Positions 24,996-35,098 of a DNA stretch of 64,000 bases are shown piece by piece. Position 1 is the first letter of the stretch. Every line of letters starts with the position of its first letter. The stretch comes from a virus, in the IMG/VR virus record IMGVR_UViG_3300047455_000060, positions 4,123 through 68,122 of that record. One strand, given 5' to 3'. The notes beneath the pieces are model-generated. The model saw nothing but the letters and a program-made list of their open reading frames with translations. It made no database searches and had not been told where the DNA came from. A program made the position numbers and the translations under genes.

Positions 24996-27216
24996 CGACT
25001 TCCTCCGACGCCGATTCTAATACAAATTTCTCTTTATAGTCAATAGTTACATGTCCGCCATTTTTAAGATTTCCGAACAGTAATTGACGACTTAAAGGAC
25101 GTTTGATTTCTTTGTCAATAACACGTTGCAACGGCCTTGCACCCATCTTAGGATCAAAGCCTTGATCAACTAGGGCATCTAATGCTTCGTCAGTGACAGT
25201 AATTGCAACATTTTTGTCTGCAACCATGACTTTAAGTTCAAGCAAGAACTTACCAACAATTTTAAGCATAACTTCTTTGCCTAGTTTAGCAAATGTAATC
25301 ACACCATCAAGTCTGTTACGGAATTCCGGTGCAAAGAACTTTTTAAGTGCAGTATCTTCGTAATTATTCTCCATACTGTCACCAAACCCGATTGTGTTTT
25401 TCTCAGCATCCTTAGCACCAAGATTGGTAGTAAGAATAAGGATACAATTACGTGCATCTGCCTCTTTGCCGTTAGACCCAGTAACTTTACCATTGTCCAT
25501 TACTTGCAACAAGATCTGTGAAACATCTGGGTGTGCTTTTTCAATCTCATCAAGTAGCAATACACAGTTAGGATTTTCTTGCAATTTAGTAATTAGTAGA
25601 CCTGAGTTTTCTTCATGTCCTACATACCCTGGAGGCGAACCTAGCAATTTAGAAACACTGTGTTTTTCTTGATACTCTGACATATCAAAACGCACAAGTT
25701 CTACACCCAATTGGTTAGATAATTGCTTTGCAGTTTCAGTTTTACCTGTACCAGTCGGGCCCATAAACACAAATGCACCAATTGGCTTGTCATCTGGTTT
25801 AAGACCTGCTTGTGCAACAAGAATTTTATCAACAATATCTTCAATAGCAGTGTCTTGACCATACACAACTTTCTTAAGATTGTGTTCAAGATTAGCAAGA
25901 TTGTCAGTTTCTGTTTGGCTTACTGTTTCTGCAGGAAGTTTAACAACTTTTGCAAGTTCAAATTCAATGCCTTTAGCAGTAACAATTTTTTCTTCAACGT
26001 TGTTTAGATTAAATCTTGAACATGCAAGGTCAATTAAGTCAATTGCTTTATCTGGCAATTTTTTATCTGACTGATATTTAATTGATAACTTAACAGCACT
26101 TTCAATAGCTTCATCTGTAATAGTTGTTTTGTGATAATCTTCGTAGTATTTTTTAATACCTTGTAGAATATCTTTAGTTACACTTGCAGTAGGCTCGTCT
26201 ACAGTTACACGTTGGAATCGACGCATAAGAGCACGATCCTTTTCAAAGTACTTGCGATATTCGTCCCAAGTAGTTGAAGCAACAACTTTTAGATTGCCTT
26301 TGGTAAGAGCTGGTTTAAGCATGTTAGCAAGATCGTTTGCTCCACCGCCTCCACCTGCGCCTGCACCGTTCATCATATGTGCTTCGTCAATGAACATAAT
26401 AGTTTTGCCTTTGCCTTTAAGGCCAGCAAGTACTAGTTTAAAGCGTTCTTCAAAGTCCCCGCGATATTTAGAACCAGCAAGCATACTACCAATGTCGAGC
26501 ATATATACTTCGTATTCTTTTAAGAAGTCAGGCACATTGTCATTAACAATGTTATATGCCATGCCTTCTGCAATAGCAGTTTTACCAACACCTGGATCGC
26601 CAACTAGCAATACATTGTTTTTATTCCTGCGTCCTAATGCAAGTGCTAGACTTTCAAGCTCTTCTGAACGACCAATAATTGGATCAATTTTACCAAGTTT
26701 CGCCTGTCCATTAAGATTAGTAGTAAATGCTTTTAATGCTTTTTGAGCTGCACCACTAATTTCTTCATCTGCAACTGCTTCTTCATGTTCTGAACTAATG
26801 TAATCTGCAAATGTGTCTTTGTCGACTCCTGCTTTTTCAATAAAGTATGCAGCATGACTTTTCTTTTCGCTCATCATACTAAGAAGAACATCATTTAGTT
26901 CAATCTCTGCACGGCCTGCGAACAACACTTGTGTAAATGCACGATTAAGTACACGTTCTACACTTTGTGTTTTCTTAGGCTTATACTTTGTTTCTTCTGT
27001 TTTAATTTCATCAAGATTATTCTTGAGATAATGCTCTAAATTAGATTTAAGGTAGTCAACGTCTGCACCATATCCTGACATGAGTTTGAAGAAACTATCA
27101 GAACACATCATTGCAAATAATAGATGTTCGACTGTTACATACTCATGCTGTAACTTACGTGCATCTTTTATACTTTTTTCAAATACTAATTGTAGCTCTT
27201 CACTTGGTTCAACCAT
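24982..27216 (-). CDS. clpA: ATP-dependent Clp protease ATPase subunit ClpA
   Basis: Clp N-domain (HEYVTVEHLL), two AAA+ modules (GDPGVGKT, GPTGTGKT), DMSEY, IGF loop, no ClpB middle domain. Confidence 0.93.
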   Translation of the reverse strand: MVEPSEELQLVFEKSIKDARKLQHEYVTVEHLLFAMMCSDSFFKLMSGYGADVDYLKSNLEHYLKNNLDEIKTEETKYKPKKTQSVERVLNRAFTQVLFAGRAEIELNDVLLSMMSEKKSHAAYFIEKAGVDKDTFADYISSEHEEAVADEEISGAAQKALKAFTTNLNGQAKLGKIDPIIGRSEELESLALALGRRNKNNVLLVGDPGVGKTAIAEGMAYNIVNDNVPDFLKEYEVYMLDIGSMLAGSKYRGDFEERFKLVLAGLKGKGKTIMFIDEAHMMNGAGAGGGGGANDLANMLKPALTKGNLKVVASTTWDEYRKYFEKDRALMRRFQRVTVDEPTASVTKDILQGIKKYYEDYHKTTITDEAIESAVKLSIKYQSDKKLPDKAIDLIDLACSRFNLNNVEEKIVTAKGIEFELAKVVKLPAETVSQTETDNLANLEHNLKKVVYGQDTAIEDIVDKILVAQAGLKPDDKPIGAFVFMGPTGTGKTETAKQLSNQLGVELVRFDMSEYQEKHSVSKLLGSPPGYVGHEENSGLLITKLQENPNCVLLLDEIEKAHPDVSQILLQVMDNGKVTGSNGKEADARNCILILTTNLGAKDAEKNTIGFGDSMENNYEDTALKKFFAPEFRNRLDGVITFAKLGKEVMLKIVGKFLLELKVMVADKNVAITVTDEALDALVDQGFDPKMGARPLQRVIDKEIKRPLSRQLLFGNLKNGGHVTIDYKEKFVLESASEEVVEEV

Positions 27217-27258
27217 TCTTCTTCCTTAGTGTTTATAATAAGTTCGGTAACACTTTAT

Positions 27259-27286
27259 ATTATACATTGTTTTCTGTTATTGTCAA
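27259..27286 (-). promoter_or_regulatory. sigma70-type promoter for clpA
   Basis: TTGACA-16-TATAAT. Confidence 0.75.
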
Positions 27287-27305
27287 TGTAAAGAGTAACC
27301 AATAC

Positions 27306-28118
27306 TTAAATATCGTTTAAAATTTCTCGTATTCTTTGTAATTGTTGTGCTTTTAAATTGTTAGGTATAGTTGCTTCAACTGTTATTAACAATTTGCCTT
27401 TTTGATTAGATCTAACATCAGGAATACCATACCCATTTACACTAAATGTGGTATTATTTCTAGTTCCTTTAGGGATCGTAAGTTCTAAATTTTTTCCGTC
27501 TAATGTATTTACACTAATTTTAGTGCCAACAATCATTTCTAAACAGTTAACTTTAACTGTAGTTTTAAGATCATTATAATTTCTTGTCCAATTAGGTTTA
27601 TGATTAATATGAACTTCAACAAATAAGTTACCCCGTCTGCCAGGAATACTATTATCTCCTAGATTTGAAAATTTCATAGTATCGCCATGATTAACACCAG
27701 GCGGAATATCTAAGTTTACAGTTTCTTCTTGACCATTTCTTAATCGGTATGCAGCAATAATTTTTTTACCTGTTAATACTTCTTCAAGTTCTAATTTAAC
27801 ACGTAATCGTACATCGGGATTTTGTGGTCGAGCTCGGTGCTGCCCACCAAACATGCTTGCAAACATATCACTAAACGGATCGTTGCCCATGTTGCTTGTA
27901 TTGTAATGGAATCCTCTTTGACCTGCTGTTTGCTGCTGGTCATACATAGCTCTTTTATGAGGATCTTTTAGAGTTTGATATGATTCATTGACCTGTTTAA
28001 ATGTTTCTTCATTACCACCTCGGTCAGGATGGTGTTGCATACTTTGCTTTTTGTATGCTTTACGTATGTCTTCTTCGGTGGCGGTCTTAGGAACACCTAA
28101 GATAGAATAATAGTCCAT
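27306..28118 (-). CDS. dnaJ: DnaJ/CbpA-type co-chaperone (class B, no zinc finger)
   Basis: DYYSILGV...HHPD J domain plus DnaJ_C region. Confidence 0.9.
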   Translation of the reverse strand: MDYYSILGVPKTATEEDIRKAYKKQSMQHHPDRGGNEETFKQVNESYQTLKDPHKRAMYDQQQTAGQRGFHYNTSNMGNDPFSDMFASMFGGQHRARPQNPDVRLRVKLELEEVLTGKKIIAAYRLRNGQEETVNLDIPPGVNHGDTMKFSNLGDNSIPGRRGNLFVEVHINHKPNWTRNYNDLKTTVKVNCLEMIVGTKISVNTLDGKNLELTIPKGTRNNTTFSVNGYGIPDVRSNQKGKLLITVEATIPNNLKAQQLQRIREILNDI

Positions 28119-28144
28119 ACAATTACTTATCGTATGGACTATTA
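28108..28144 (-). promoter_or_regulatory. 13-bp hairpin covering the dnaJ start codon, with a late box in its loop
   Basis: TAATAGTCCATAC-GATAAGTAATT-GTATGGACTATTA. Confidence 0.75.
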
Positions 28145-28161
28145 GGTATTAACAGTAATGA

Positions 28162-28503
28162 TTACTTTTTGTTACCAAAACTTTGTGAACCAAAGAATGC
28201 TGCAACAATCGCCGCAACTGACACAAAGTATGTAGCAGCCATATCACCTAGGATTTTTGCTGCTTGATCTAAACCAATTAGGTTTGCTAGTACAACTGCA
28301 AATGGATATAGTAGCATACCAAATAATGCAAACCATGCCATGTTACGTTGTGCGTCACGCATTGCATCTTCATCTTCTAGACGCTTGCGTTTAAACTCTA
28401 GATTCATCTTCATTTCTTCTTTAGAAATGTGTCCGTCTCCGTTTGTGTCCATCTCCGCAGCTACTTCTGCATCGACTGTTACTGATTTATTTTCTGCCAT
28501 CAC
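28162..28503 (-). CDS. EF-hand plus 2-TM membrane protein, holin candidate
   Basis: DTNGDGHISKEE EF-hand loop and two TM helices; follows the lysis genes. Confidence 0.6.
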   Translation of the reverse strand: MMAENKSVTVDAEVAAEMDTNGDGHISKEEMKMNLEFKRKRLEDEDAMRDAQRNMAWFALFGMLLYPFAVVLANLIGLDQAAKILGDMAATYFVSVAAIVAAFFGSQSFGNKK

Positions 28504-28859
28504 TTTTTCCCCTCTAGTTTTTTAATTCGAGCATCTAGTTCAGGCCATACTTCAAACTCATGTAGTTCTTTTGATGGATGACTATCAGACTCAACTTTGG
28601 CAAGACGTGCCTCAAGCTCGTCAATTTTTGCAGTTATTTTAGGATATTTTACACGCCATGCATTAGGATCATTTTGGAGCCAAGTCCATCCCCAGCGTAA
28701 TGCTAGGTATTCTAATGTAGCGTCAAACTTTGTTACGCCCCATGTTGCCATTCTTGTGTCTTTAAACCAGAATAGAAATGCTGCACCAAATAGTGAACCA
28801 GCAATACTAGTATAAATCCACAGACGGTCGCCCGCCATCTGTTGTATCATTTCCCACAT
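28500..28859 (-). CDS. single-TM membrane protein with coiled coil
   Basis: LWIYTSIAGSLFGAAFLFWF. Confidence 0.7.
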   Translation of the reverse strand: MWEMIQQMAGDRLWIYTSIAGSLFGAAFLFWFKDTRMATWGVTKFDATLEYLALRWGWTWLQNDPNAWRVKYPKITAKIDELEARLAKVESDSHPSKELHEFEVWPELDARIKKLEGKK

Positions 28860-28892
28860 AATAACCCCTCGTTGTTACTATGTGTATTTATT

Positions 28893-29363
28893 TTATTTGA
28901 AAGGATTTAGTCTATCAAGTGCAGAAGGTTGTTGCACGTCTTGCTGTGCGTCTACTTGTTGTTTAGCATTATCGATGTTTGCATTAGCAGCATCTAATGC
29001 TTCGTTTGCGTTCTTATAGTAGTTTTCGTATGCTACAATGATTGCTCGCTGTTGTTGAATAAATGCTCTAATACTAGAAAAATTCATACTTATATTTTCA
29101 TAACCTTCGTCAGTGAGTGCAAAGAATACTACTGGGCGACCAGATTTTTGTATTTCAGCTACTTTTTCTTCAAAGTTTTCTGGAGTAATAAGTATCCATT
29201 CAACATCTTTCATACGCAGTGAATCTGCGTTAGGTAAGACCAGTTCGGGTTTTTCAACAGGCTTAGCAGAAACCTCTATACGTTGAGGAGTGCTAGAACA
29301 ACCACTAAGGAGTGCTAGGACCAGGCCAAAGCCAAGGACATTCTTTATTAAATGTTTCACCAC
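28893..29363 (-). CDS. o-spanin (Rz1-like lipoprotein)
   Basis: Lipobox LLSG-C, Pro-rich; overlaps the end of the i-spanin. Confidence 0.75.
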   Translation of the reverse strand: MVKHLIKNVLGFGLVLALLSGCSSTPQRIEVSAKPVEKPELVLPNADSLRMKDVEWILITPENFEEKVAEIQKSGRPVVFFALTDEGYENISMNFSSIRAFIQQQRAIIVAYENYYKNANEALDAANANIDNAKQQVDAQQDVQQPSALDRLNPFK

Positions 29364-29766
29364 TTGTTGCTTCCTTTTCTTTATCTGTTAATGTTGCCCC
29401 TGATAGAAGTTCAAAACATCTACCTGCGTTTACTGTGCCTCTGTTAATTAGCCTCTCAACTAAGCCAGGCTTGCCTGCACCTAGTATAGCTAAATCGTGT
29501 TTAGCAAGTTTGTCTGCTAATACATTGTTTTGAGCACGAATAGCAGCAAATTCTGTATTAACACGATTCAATTCTTCATTTGCCTTTGCAAAGTCGGCCT
29601 GCAAAGTCGAGATCGTCTCTTCGCTTATAGCTACTGCCGTCTCTAACTTTGCATTGTTTTCGTTTAAAATAGCCATGCGTTCTTGGGTATCAGTATAATA
29701 CCAATAAAACACACCGCATAGGACTAACATCATTGCGGCCGAAGCAAATGCTAGTTTCATTCCCAT
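29305..29766 (-). CDS. i-spanin (Rz-like)
   Basis: N-terminal TM, long coiled coil and C-terminal Cys pair; follows the endolysin. Confidence 0.75.
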   Translation of the reverse strand: MGMKLAFASAAMMLVLCGVFYWYYTDTQERMAILNENNAKLETAVAISEETISTLQADFAKANEELNRVNTEFAAIRAQNNVLADKLAKHDLAILGAGKPGLVERLINRGTVNAGRCFELLSGATLTDKEKEATSGETFNKECPWLWPGPSTP

Positions 29767-29767
29767 A

Positions 29768-30640
29768 TTAGTCGTCCAATAGTTTTTCTAGTGTGCGTGG
29801 ACCTGCAATACCGTCTGCTACGAGACCGTTTGCTGCCTGCCATGCTTTAAGAGCACGTTCTGTGCCTGGACCAAAGTCACCATCAGCTCCGACGCCTAAT
29901 GCTTCTTGCATCATTTTAACGCCTTCGCCTTTGCAACCTTTACGTAGTACACCAATGTCATCAACATCAATAGTTGCACCATCATCTTCGCCTAGGTCTT
30001 CTGCATCCATGCCTAGTACTTGTAGTGCATGTTTGTAACGCTTCTGACGATCTTCTAGTCCAATGTTGCCACCGTTGATTTTCTTAGTCATCTTTACAAC
30101 ATCATCTGTGTCAGCAATGTCATTTAGATTATTTGCGCCCCAGAACCAACCTGCTGATTCTACAGCACCTGCTGGCGTAGCAACATATTCTGCTGCTTCT
30201 TCTGCTGTCATGCCTACACTCTTACCAAAGCGTGTGTAGTTGTCACGTCCAGTTAACTGCTTTAGTCCACGACCACGGAATCTCCAGCCGTCACCTTCTT
30301 GTGTGTTGCCCATCTTGTACTTACGGAACTCATCGTTGTAAACACGGTTAGCAATCATTTCTGGGTTACGTGCATATTCATCTGCGTCTGCCTTTGGAGC
30401 ATCACCAAAGTAACGACCAAACACTGCACGAAGTGCTTTTGCACTATAGTTTAGATTTTCTTCAAGGCGCTTAAAGCCGCCTGATTCATGGGCACACTGA
30501 CTTAGGAAGTGTGCTACTCTACGTTCTGTAGTAATTCCGTACTTTGGTAGTAGTTCGCATAATGCATCATACCAATCGTCTGCATCTGCGGAAATAATTT
30601 CTGCTAGATGTTCTTTCGTGAAATCAAATTCAAAGCTCAT
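29768..30640 (-). CDS. endolysin, GH19 family with C-terminal peptidoglycan-binding domain
   Basis: FLSQCAHESGG, ENLNYS, FRGRGLKQLTGRDNY, INGG; DGDFGPGT and DGIAGPRT. Confidence 0.92.
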   Translation of the reverse strand: MSFEFDFTKEHLAEIISADADDWYDALCELLPKYGITTERRVAHFLSQCAHESGGFKRLEENLNYSAKALRAVFGRYFGDAPKADADEYARNPEMIANRVYNDEFRKYKMGNTQEGDGWRFRGRGLKQLTGRDNYTRFGKSVGMTAEEAAEYVATPAGAVESAGWFWGANNLNDIADTDDVVKMTKKINGGNIGLEDRQKRYKHALQVLGMDAEDLGEDDGATIDVDDIGVLRKGCKGEGVKMMQEALGVGADGDFGPGTERALKAWQAANGLVADGIAGPRTLEKLLDD

Positions 30641-30642
30641 TT

Positions 30643-31359
30643 TTAGATCCTTTTAACTACGAGAGCCTTGTCTCCGTTTTCGAAAACAAGTTTATCTCCA
30701 TACTTACTTATATTATAGTCACCGATATACTTGGTTAAAAAGAGTATTTCTGGATATGACTCCATCAAGTTAAATCGTCCTTCAATAGTTTCAAATATAG
30801 TTTTATTAGTACCAAAGTCGACAAATTCAAACATTAGCGGATCGGCGTACTTCTTACTAATAGTAAGTATGTCATGCTTCATGTCTACTGTTTCTACATA
30901 ACTTCGATTAAAGAAGTTTTTAAAATTATTCAAATTACTTTCTACGGCTATAATTCCGTAGTTTTCTGGTTCTTCGGGAATGTTAGATTGAAATTCTTCT
31001 AAGGTAGCTGACTTACTTCTAAAGTCTTTATAATAACGAAATTTAAAATCATCAATGTCTGCTAGTTTAGAAACACCATCGATAATTTCTGTAATGTTTT
31101 CGTGTACACCGCGTTCTCGCTGTATTTCTACAAACACTTTATATGTACCATCACTTTGCTCGCCAGCAGTTACATCCGCATCTAAAATAAAGTTATAACC
31201 TTTTTCTAAAAAATTTGCCAAATCTTCAGCAGGCTTTTTATCTTTAACACTAAAACTTATTGTTACAATATTTTTATCATCACCCATTTTTGAAGCAAAC
31301 GAATCTACTTCAAAAACACTATCAACTAAATTTCTTAAATCACCTTGGCGTAAACTCAT
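30643..31359 (-). CDS. hypothetical late protein
   Basis: 238 aa, coupled within the late operon. Confidence 0.7.
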   Translation of the reverse strand: MSLRQGDLRNLVDSVFEVDSFASKMGDDKNIVTISFSVKDKKPAEDLANFLEKGYNFILDADVTAGEQSDGTYKVFVEIQRERGVHENITEIIDGVSKLADIDDFKFRYYKDFRSKSATLEEFQSNIPEEPENYGIIAVESNLNNFKNFFNRSYVETVDMKHDILTISKKYADPLMFEFVDFGTNKTIFETIEGRFNLMESYPEILFLTKYIGDYNISKYGDKLVFENGDKALVVKRI

Positions 31360-31925
31360 TATACTGTTTCTCCTGCACCAGGTGCTGGTGCTGCTGGTGC
31401 TGCTGGTGCTGCTGGCGGTACTGGAGGCGCTGCTGACATATCAGCCATTTGTGGTGCCATCTCAGTTGCATTAGCATCAACTGCTGGTTCAACATTAAAT
31501 CCTTTAGCATCTGCATAGCTAGTATAGATGTCTGCAATTAATTTTTTAGGCATCTGAATTTCAACAACCCAAATTGGTAAACGATCTAACTTGCCCTTTT
31601 TTGTGCCTGGACGAATATCGTCAGGTCTACGAATCTTTCTAGGATTAACAATGTAATTCTTAGAATAGCCTATTTTACAATCATATTCAACAAGGCGCTT
31701 TGCTCCCATTGGATCTGGCATTTTATCTCGTGGCCACATAAACTTACATGTAATCCAATGACGCTCAATCTTTGGCCCATCTAACAATTCGCCATCTTGC
31801 CAGTTCTTATAAACGTAAAGATCAACTTCGTCAAGGACTCGTTCAAAGTCTTTTAAAATTTGAAATGAAGTGTCACTGTCGTATACCATTTCGGCGTTTT
31901 TGACTAGATCGTAAATATCTTCCAT
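31359..31925 (-). CDS. hypothetical late protein with Pro/Ala-rich tail
   Basis: LKDFERVLDEVDLYVYKNW...MPDPMG. Confidence 0.7.
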   Translation of the reverse strand: MEDIYDLVKNAEMVYDSDTSFQILKDFERVLDEVDLYVYKNWQDGELLDGPKIERHWITCKFMWPRDKMPDPMGAKRLVEYDCKIGYSKNYIVNPRKIRRPDDIRPGTKKGKLDRLPIWVVEIQMPKKLIADIYTSYADAKGFNVEPAVDANATEMAPQMADMSAAPPVPPAAPAAPAAPAPGAGETV

Positions 31926-31955
31926 TTGATAATGTCCTATTTTTTGTACTATACT

Positions 31956-31963
31956 TATTTATC
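31956..31963 (-). promoter_or_regulatory. late promoter box for the lysis operon
   Basis: GATAAATA. Confidence 0.65.
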
Positions 31964-32083
31964 GTATCTAATTAGTTATAAACTATTTTATCTCTGAGAC
32001 ATAGATGGTAAATACTTTTGTAGGGCAAGTGCTTTACTTCAAAAGCATACTGTCTTACTCCATTACTCATAGGAGGACACTTA

Positions 32084-32827
32084 ATGGGTGCAAAACGCAA
32101 AGTAGCTGCTAAATCTAGACAGCATACTAATAGCAATTACGATAACGTAATTAATATTAAACCAATGGGACATTCGGTCCAAAAGAAGACGCAAGTCAAC
32201 ATACTTCCCCGTAATAGAAACCAAGAAACATACGTGTTAACCTTGCTAGATCCAACGAAAGACATAGTCTTCGGAGTTGGTCCAGCAGGAACAGGCAAAA
32301 CTCTTTTGGCTGTGCAAGTAGCGGTTAAACTATTTAAAGAAGGACAAGTTGATAAGATTATCGTTACCAGGCCAGCAGTATCGGTCGACGAAGATCTAGG
32401 ATTCTTACCGGGTACCTTGGAAGAGAAAATGGCACCATGGACACGACCAATATTTGATGTATTGAGAGAATATTTCCATGCAAAAGAAATAGAAGGGATG
32501 ATTCAAGAAGGTATAATTGAAATTGCGCCGCTAGCATATATGCGCGGCAGAACTTTTAAGGATGCGTTTATCTTAGCAGATGAAATGCAAAACGCGACAC
32601 CAAGTCAAATGAAAATGTTATTAACACGCTTAGGCACAGGAAGCATGATGGCTGTTACAGGCGATCTAAATCAAGCAGACAGGCTTAAGGATAATGGTCT
32701 ATTAGATTTTACTAGACTGTTAGAATCAAGTAACTCAGCACATTTGGACATAGTCCAGTTTGAACAAGGAGATATTGAACGCCACCAGGCAGTTAAGGAA
32801 GTCCTAAGAGTCTACGGAGACGAATAA
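32084..32827 (+). CDS. phoH: PhoH family ATPase
   Basis: GPAGTGKT, LGFLPG, YMRGRTF, DEMQN, TGDLNQ. Confidence 0.95.
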   Translation: MGAKRKVAAKSRQHTNSNYDNVINIKPMGHSVQKKTQVNILPRNRNQETYVLTLLDPTKDIVFGVGPAGTGKTLLAVQVAVKLFKEGQVDKIIVTRPAVSVDEDLGFLPGTLEEKMAPWTRPIFDVLREYFHAKEIEGMIQEGIIEIAPLAYMRGRTFKDAFILADEMQNATPSQMKMLLTRLGTGSMMAVTGDLNQADRLKDNGLLDFTRLLESSNSAHLDIVQFEQGDIERHQAVKEVLRVYGDE

Positions 32828-32838
32828 TTAAAGGCTAG

Positions 32839-32869
32839 AAATAGGGGGCTGTAATTAGTCCCCTATTTT
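32839..32869. terminator. hairpin terminator between convergent phoH and dCMP deaminase genes
   Basis: AAATAGGGGGCT-GTAATT-AGTCCCCTATTTT. Confidence 0.7.
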
Positions 32870-33301
32870 TATGACCTCAACATCGGACTTTGCTAGAAAG
32901 TCTATACCACTAGTATCTCTGTAAGCAGTACGATAGTACACAGTGTTTATTCCGCTTTGATAGATTAGTTTAGCACAATCCATACAAGGTGCATGTGTAA
33001 CAAAGATAGTTGCATCTTCTCCACTTTCGGGAGACTTTGCTAGTTTAGCGATTGCGTTAGACTCGGCATGTAAAACTTCCGGTTTAGTTTTAGATTCTAT
33101 AAAACGATTACCGTCATTGTCGATCATTGTATAATGATCTTCGCATGTATTATCCCATCCACTAGGCATACCATTGTAGCCAATAGAGATAATGCGATCA
33201 TCCTTTACAACAATCGCACCTACTTGTAGTCGTGTTGCTGAACTTAGTTGTGCAAAACGTTCTGCAACATCCATGTATGCATCGATAAATTTTTGTTTCA
33301 T
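32855..33301 (-). CDS. dCMP deaminase
   Basis: GYNG, HAESNA, PCMDC. Confidence 0.93.
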   Translation of the reverse strand: MKQKFIDAYMDVAERFAQLSSATRLQVGAIVVKDDRIISIGYNGMPSGWDNTCEDHYTMIDNDGNRFIESKTKPEVLHAESNAIAKLAKSPESGEDATIFVTHAPCMDCAKLIYQSGINTVYYRTAYRDTSGIDFLAKSDVEVIKIGD

Positions 33302-34158
33302 ACAGCCATTGGTGCCTTAATTGAATCCATTGGATTATAATTTAGTAGTTTGTAGTCACTTGTAGCAGTTTCTAATAGTTCTGCAATATTGCTAAACTGT
33401 GGCATTTCTAGTGTAGGACCCTGCATAGGAGTACGCTCAAGTTGTTGTTTAACTTGCTCCATATGATTACTATAGATATGACAATCACCGCCTGTCCAAA
33501 TAAACTCACCTACTTCTAATCCGCAGATTTGTGCCAACATGTGCGTAAGCAAACTGTAACTAGCAATATTAAAAGGAACGCCTAAGAACATGTCTGCACT
33601 ACGCTGATACATTTGGCAACTTAATTTACCATTAATAACTTTAAACTGGCTAAGTGTATGACAAGGCGGGAGTGCCATATCTTCAAGTTCACTAGGATTC
33701 CACGCACTTAGAATAATACGACGACTGTCTGGGTCTGTAATAAGTTGGCGAATAATATTGTGTATTTGATCAAATCCTTCGCCGTTAAAATCACGCCATT
33801 GGCTACCATAAACTGGACCTAGTTCTTTATATAAATCATCATTGCGATAGCCTAGTGCTACACCCTGTGCATCAGCATTAGCAGTCCAGATAGTTTTCTT
33901 TTCCCAGATTTCTGTTCTGTCTGCTTCAAATGTAATTTCAGCAAGTCTACGCTCGTCTGTACTACCTTCTAAGAACCATAATAATTCTCCTACAACAGCT
34001 CGCCATGCAAGACGTTTTGTTGTAACCGCAGGAAACTCGTTGCGTAAATCAAAACGCATTTGATAACCAAATACTGTGCGTGTACCAACGCCTGTACGAT
34101 CGCTTACGTCTTCACCGTTCTCTAAAATATATTGTAGTGCATCAAGATACTGTTTCAT
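33298..34158 (-). CDS. thyA: thymidylate synthase
   Basis: DRTGVGT, LPPCH, QRSADMFLGVPFN; start at MKQYL. Confidence 0.97.
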   Translation of the reverse strand: MKQYLDALQYILENGEDVSDRTGVGTRTVFGYQMRFDLRNEFPAVTTKRLAWRAVVGELLWFLEGSTDERRLAEITFEADRTEIWEKKTIWTANADAQGVALGYRNDDLYKELGPVYGSQWRDFNGEGFDQIHNIIRQLITDPDSRRIILSAWNPSELEDMALPPCHTLSQFKVINGKLSCQMYQRSADMFLGVPFNIASYSLLTHMLAQICGLEVGEFIWTGGDCHIYSNHMEQVKQQLERTPMQGPTLEMPQFSNIAELLETATSDYKLLNYNPMDSIKAPMAV

Positions 34159-34651
34159 GCTTTTTCCGTTTCTCCCAAATTTCAAATGTTACACCTGTCT
34201 CATGTATCACTGTAGTTAGTTCGAATAATGATTCGATCTTCTTCAATGGAAGAAATGTATCACATGCATACTCACCTGGAATACGACTGATATAAAACTC
34301 GTCAATAACTCCTAAGGTTTGCTCAATGATATTAGGACCACCAATAACCCATGTAATTAAACTAGGAAATTCTTCAGAAACACGCTCAACACTTTTGTTA
34401 AGATCACCACTGATGTATTTGTCTGCACCAAGATATTCAGCTGGACGATTAGTTGCTAGTACGTTTATACGTTTAGGCAACGGTCGCGGCATATGCGGAT
34501 CTTCCCAAGTAGTAGATCCCATTACTACAACGTGTCCTGCTGTATTGTCTTTAAACCATTTTAAATCTGTACTATTGTGCGGCCAAGGTAGTGTGCCGTC
34601 TTTGCTTACACCGCCAGTATCGTCACATGCTAAAATTGCTTTAATTGTCAT
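34142..34651 (-). CDS. folA: dihydrofolate reductase
   Basis: LPW...[28 protein letters not shown]. Confidence 0.93.
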   Translation of the reverse strand: MTIKAILACDDTGGVSKDGTLPWPHNSTDLKWFKDNTAGHVVVMGSTTWEDPHMPRPLPKRINVLATNRPAEYLGADKYISGDLNKSVERVSEEFPSLITWVIGGPNIIEQTLGVIDEFYISRIPGEYACDTFLPLKKIESLFELTTVIHETGVTFEIWEKRKKHETVS

Positions 34652-35003
34652 CGAAAAAGTTCCCGCCTTCGCCTATTGGTAAAAAATATTTTTCATATTT
34701 GTCAGGCACACCATCAAATTCATCTGCTTCAGGTAATGCTTCTTTTTGTTCAGTAATTAGTGGCCATTCATTACTATAAATTGTATTAATCTCAATCCAC
34801 TTAGCTCGATCCGGCTCTGGTAAATCGCTATCTTGTACTATTGCATCAACTGGACATTCCGGAACACAAACACCGCAATCAATACATTCGTCTGGATTAA
34901 TTACAAGCATGTTTTCGCCCTCGTAGAAACAGTCTACTGGGCATACACTAACGCAATCAGTATGTTTACATTTGATACAATTATCAGTTACTAAGTATGT
35001 CAT
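34641..35003 (-). CDS. fdxA: 7Fe-type ferredoxin (FdxA family)
   Basis: [18 protein letters not shown] and [12 protein letters not shown]. Confidence 0.92.
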   Translation of the reverse strand: MTYLVTDNCIKCKHTDCVSVCPVDCFYEGENMLVINPDECIDCGVCVPECPVDAIVQDSDLPEPDRAKWIEINTIYSNEWPLITEQKEALPEADEFDGVPDKYEKYFLPIGEGGNFFDDN

Positions 35004-35098
35004 TGGCAAAGGTCCTCATACATAGAAGTATATTTTCTATGTCCGCTTTTATCATTATTAAAAATAGGAATATACCCAAATAGTTTTTTTAAAATCAT
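35000..35098 (-). CDS. small hypothetical protein (32 aa)
   Basis: Manual ORF coupled on both sides. Confidence 0.4.
   Translation of the reverse strand: MILKKLFGYIPIFNNDKSGHRKYTSMYEDLCQ

Noticed and set aside
31378-31420. GCTGGTGCT tandem repeats
   Set aside because: They encode a PAA linker; not a CRISPR array or regulatory repeat
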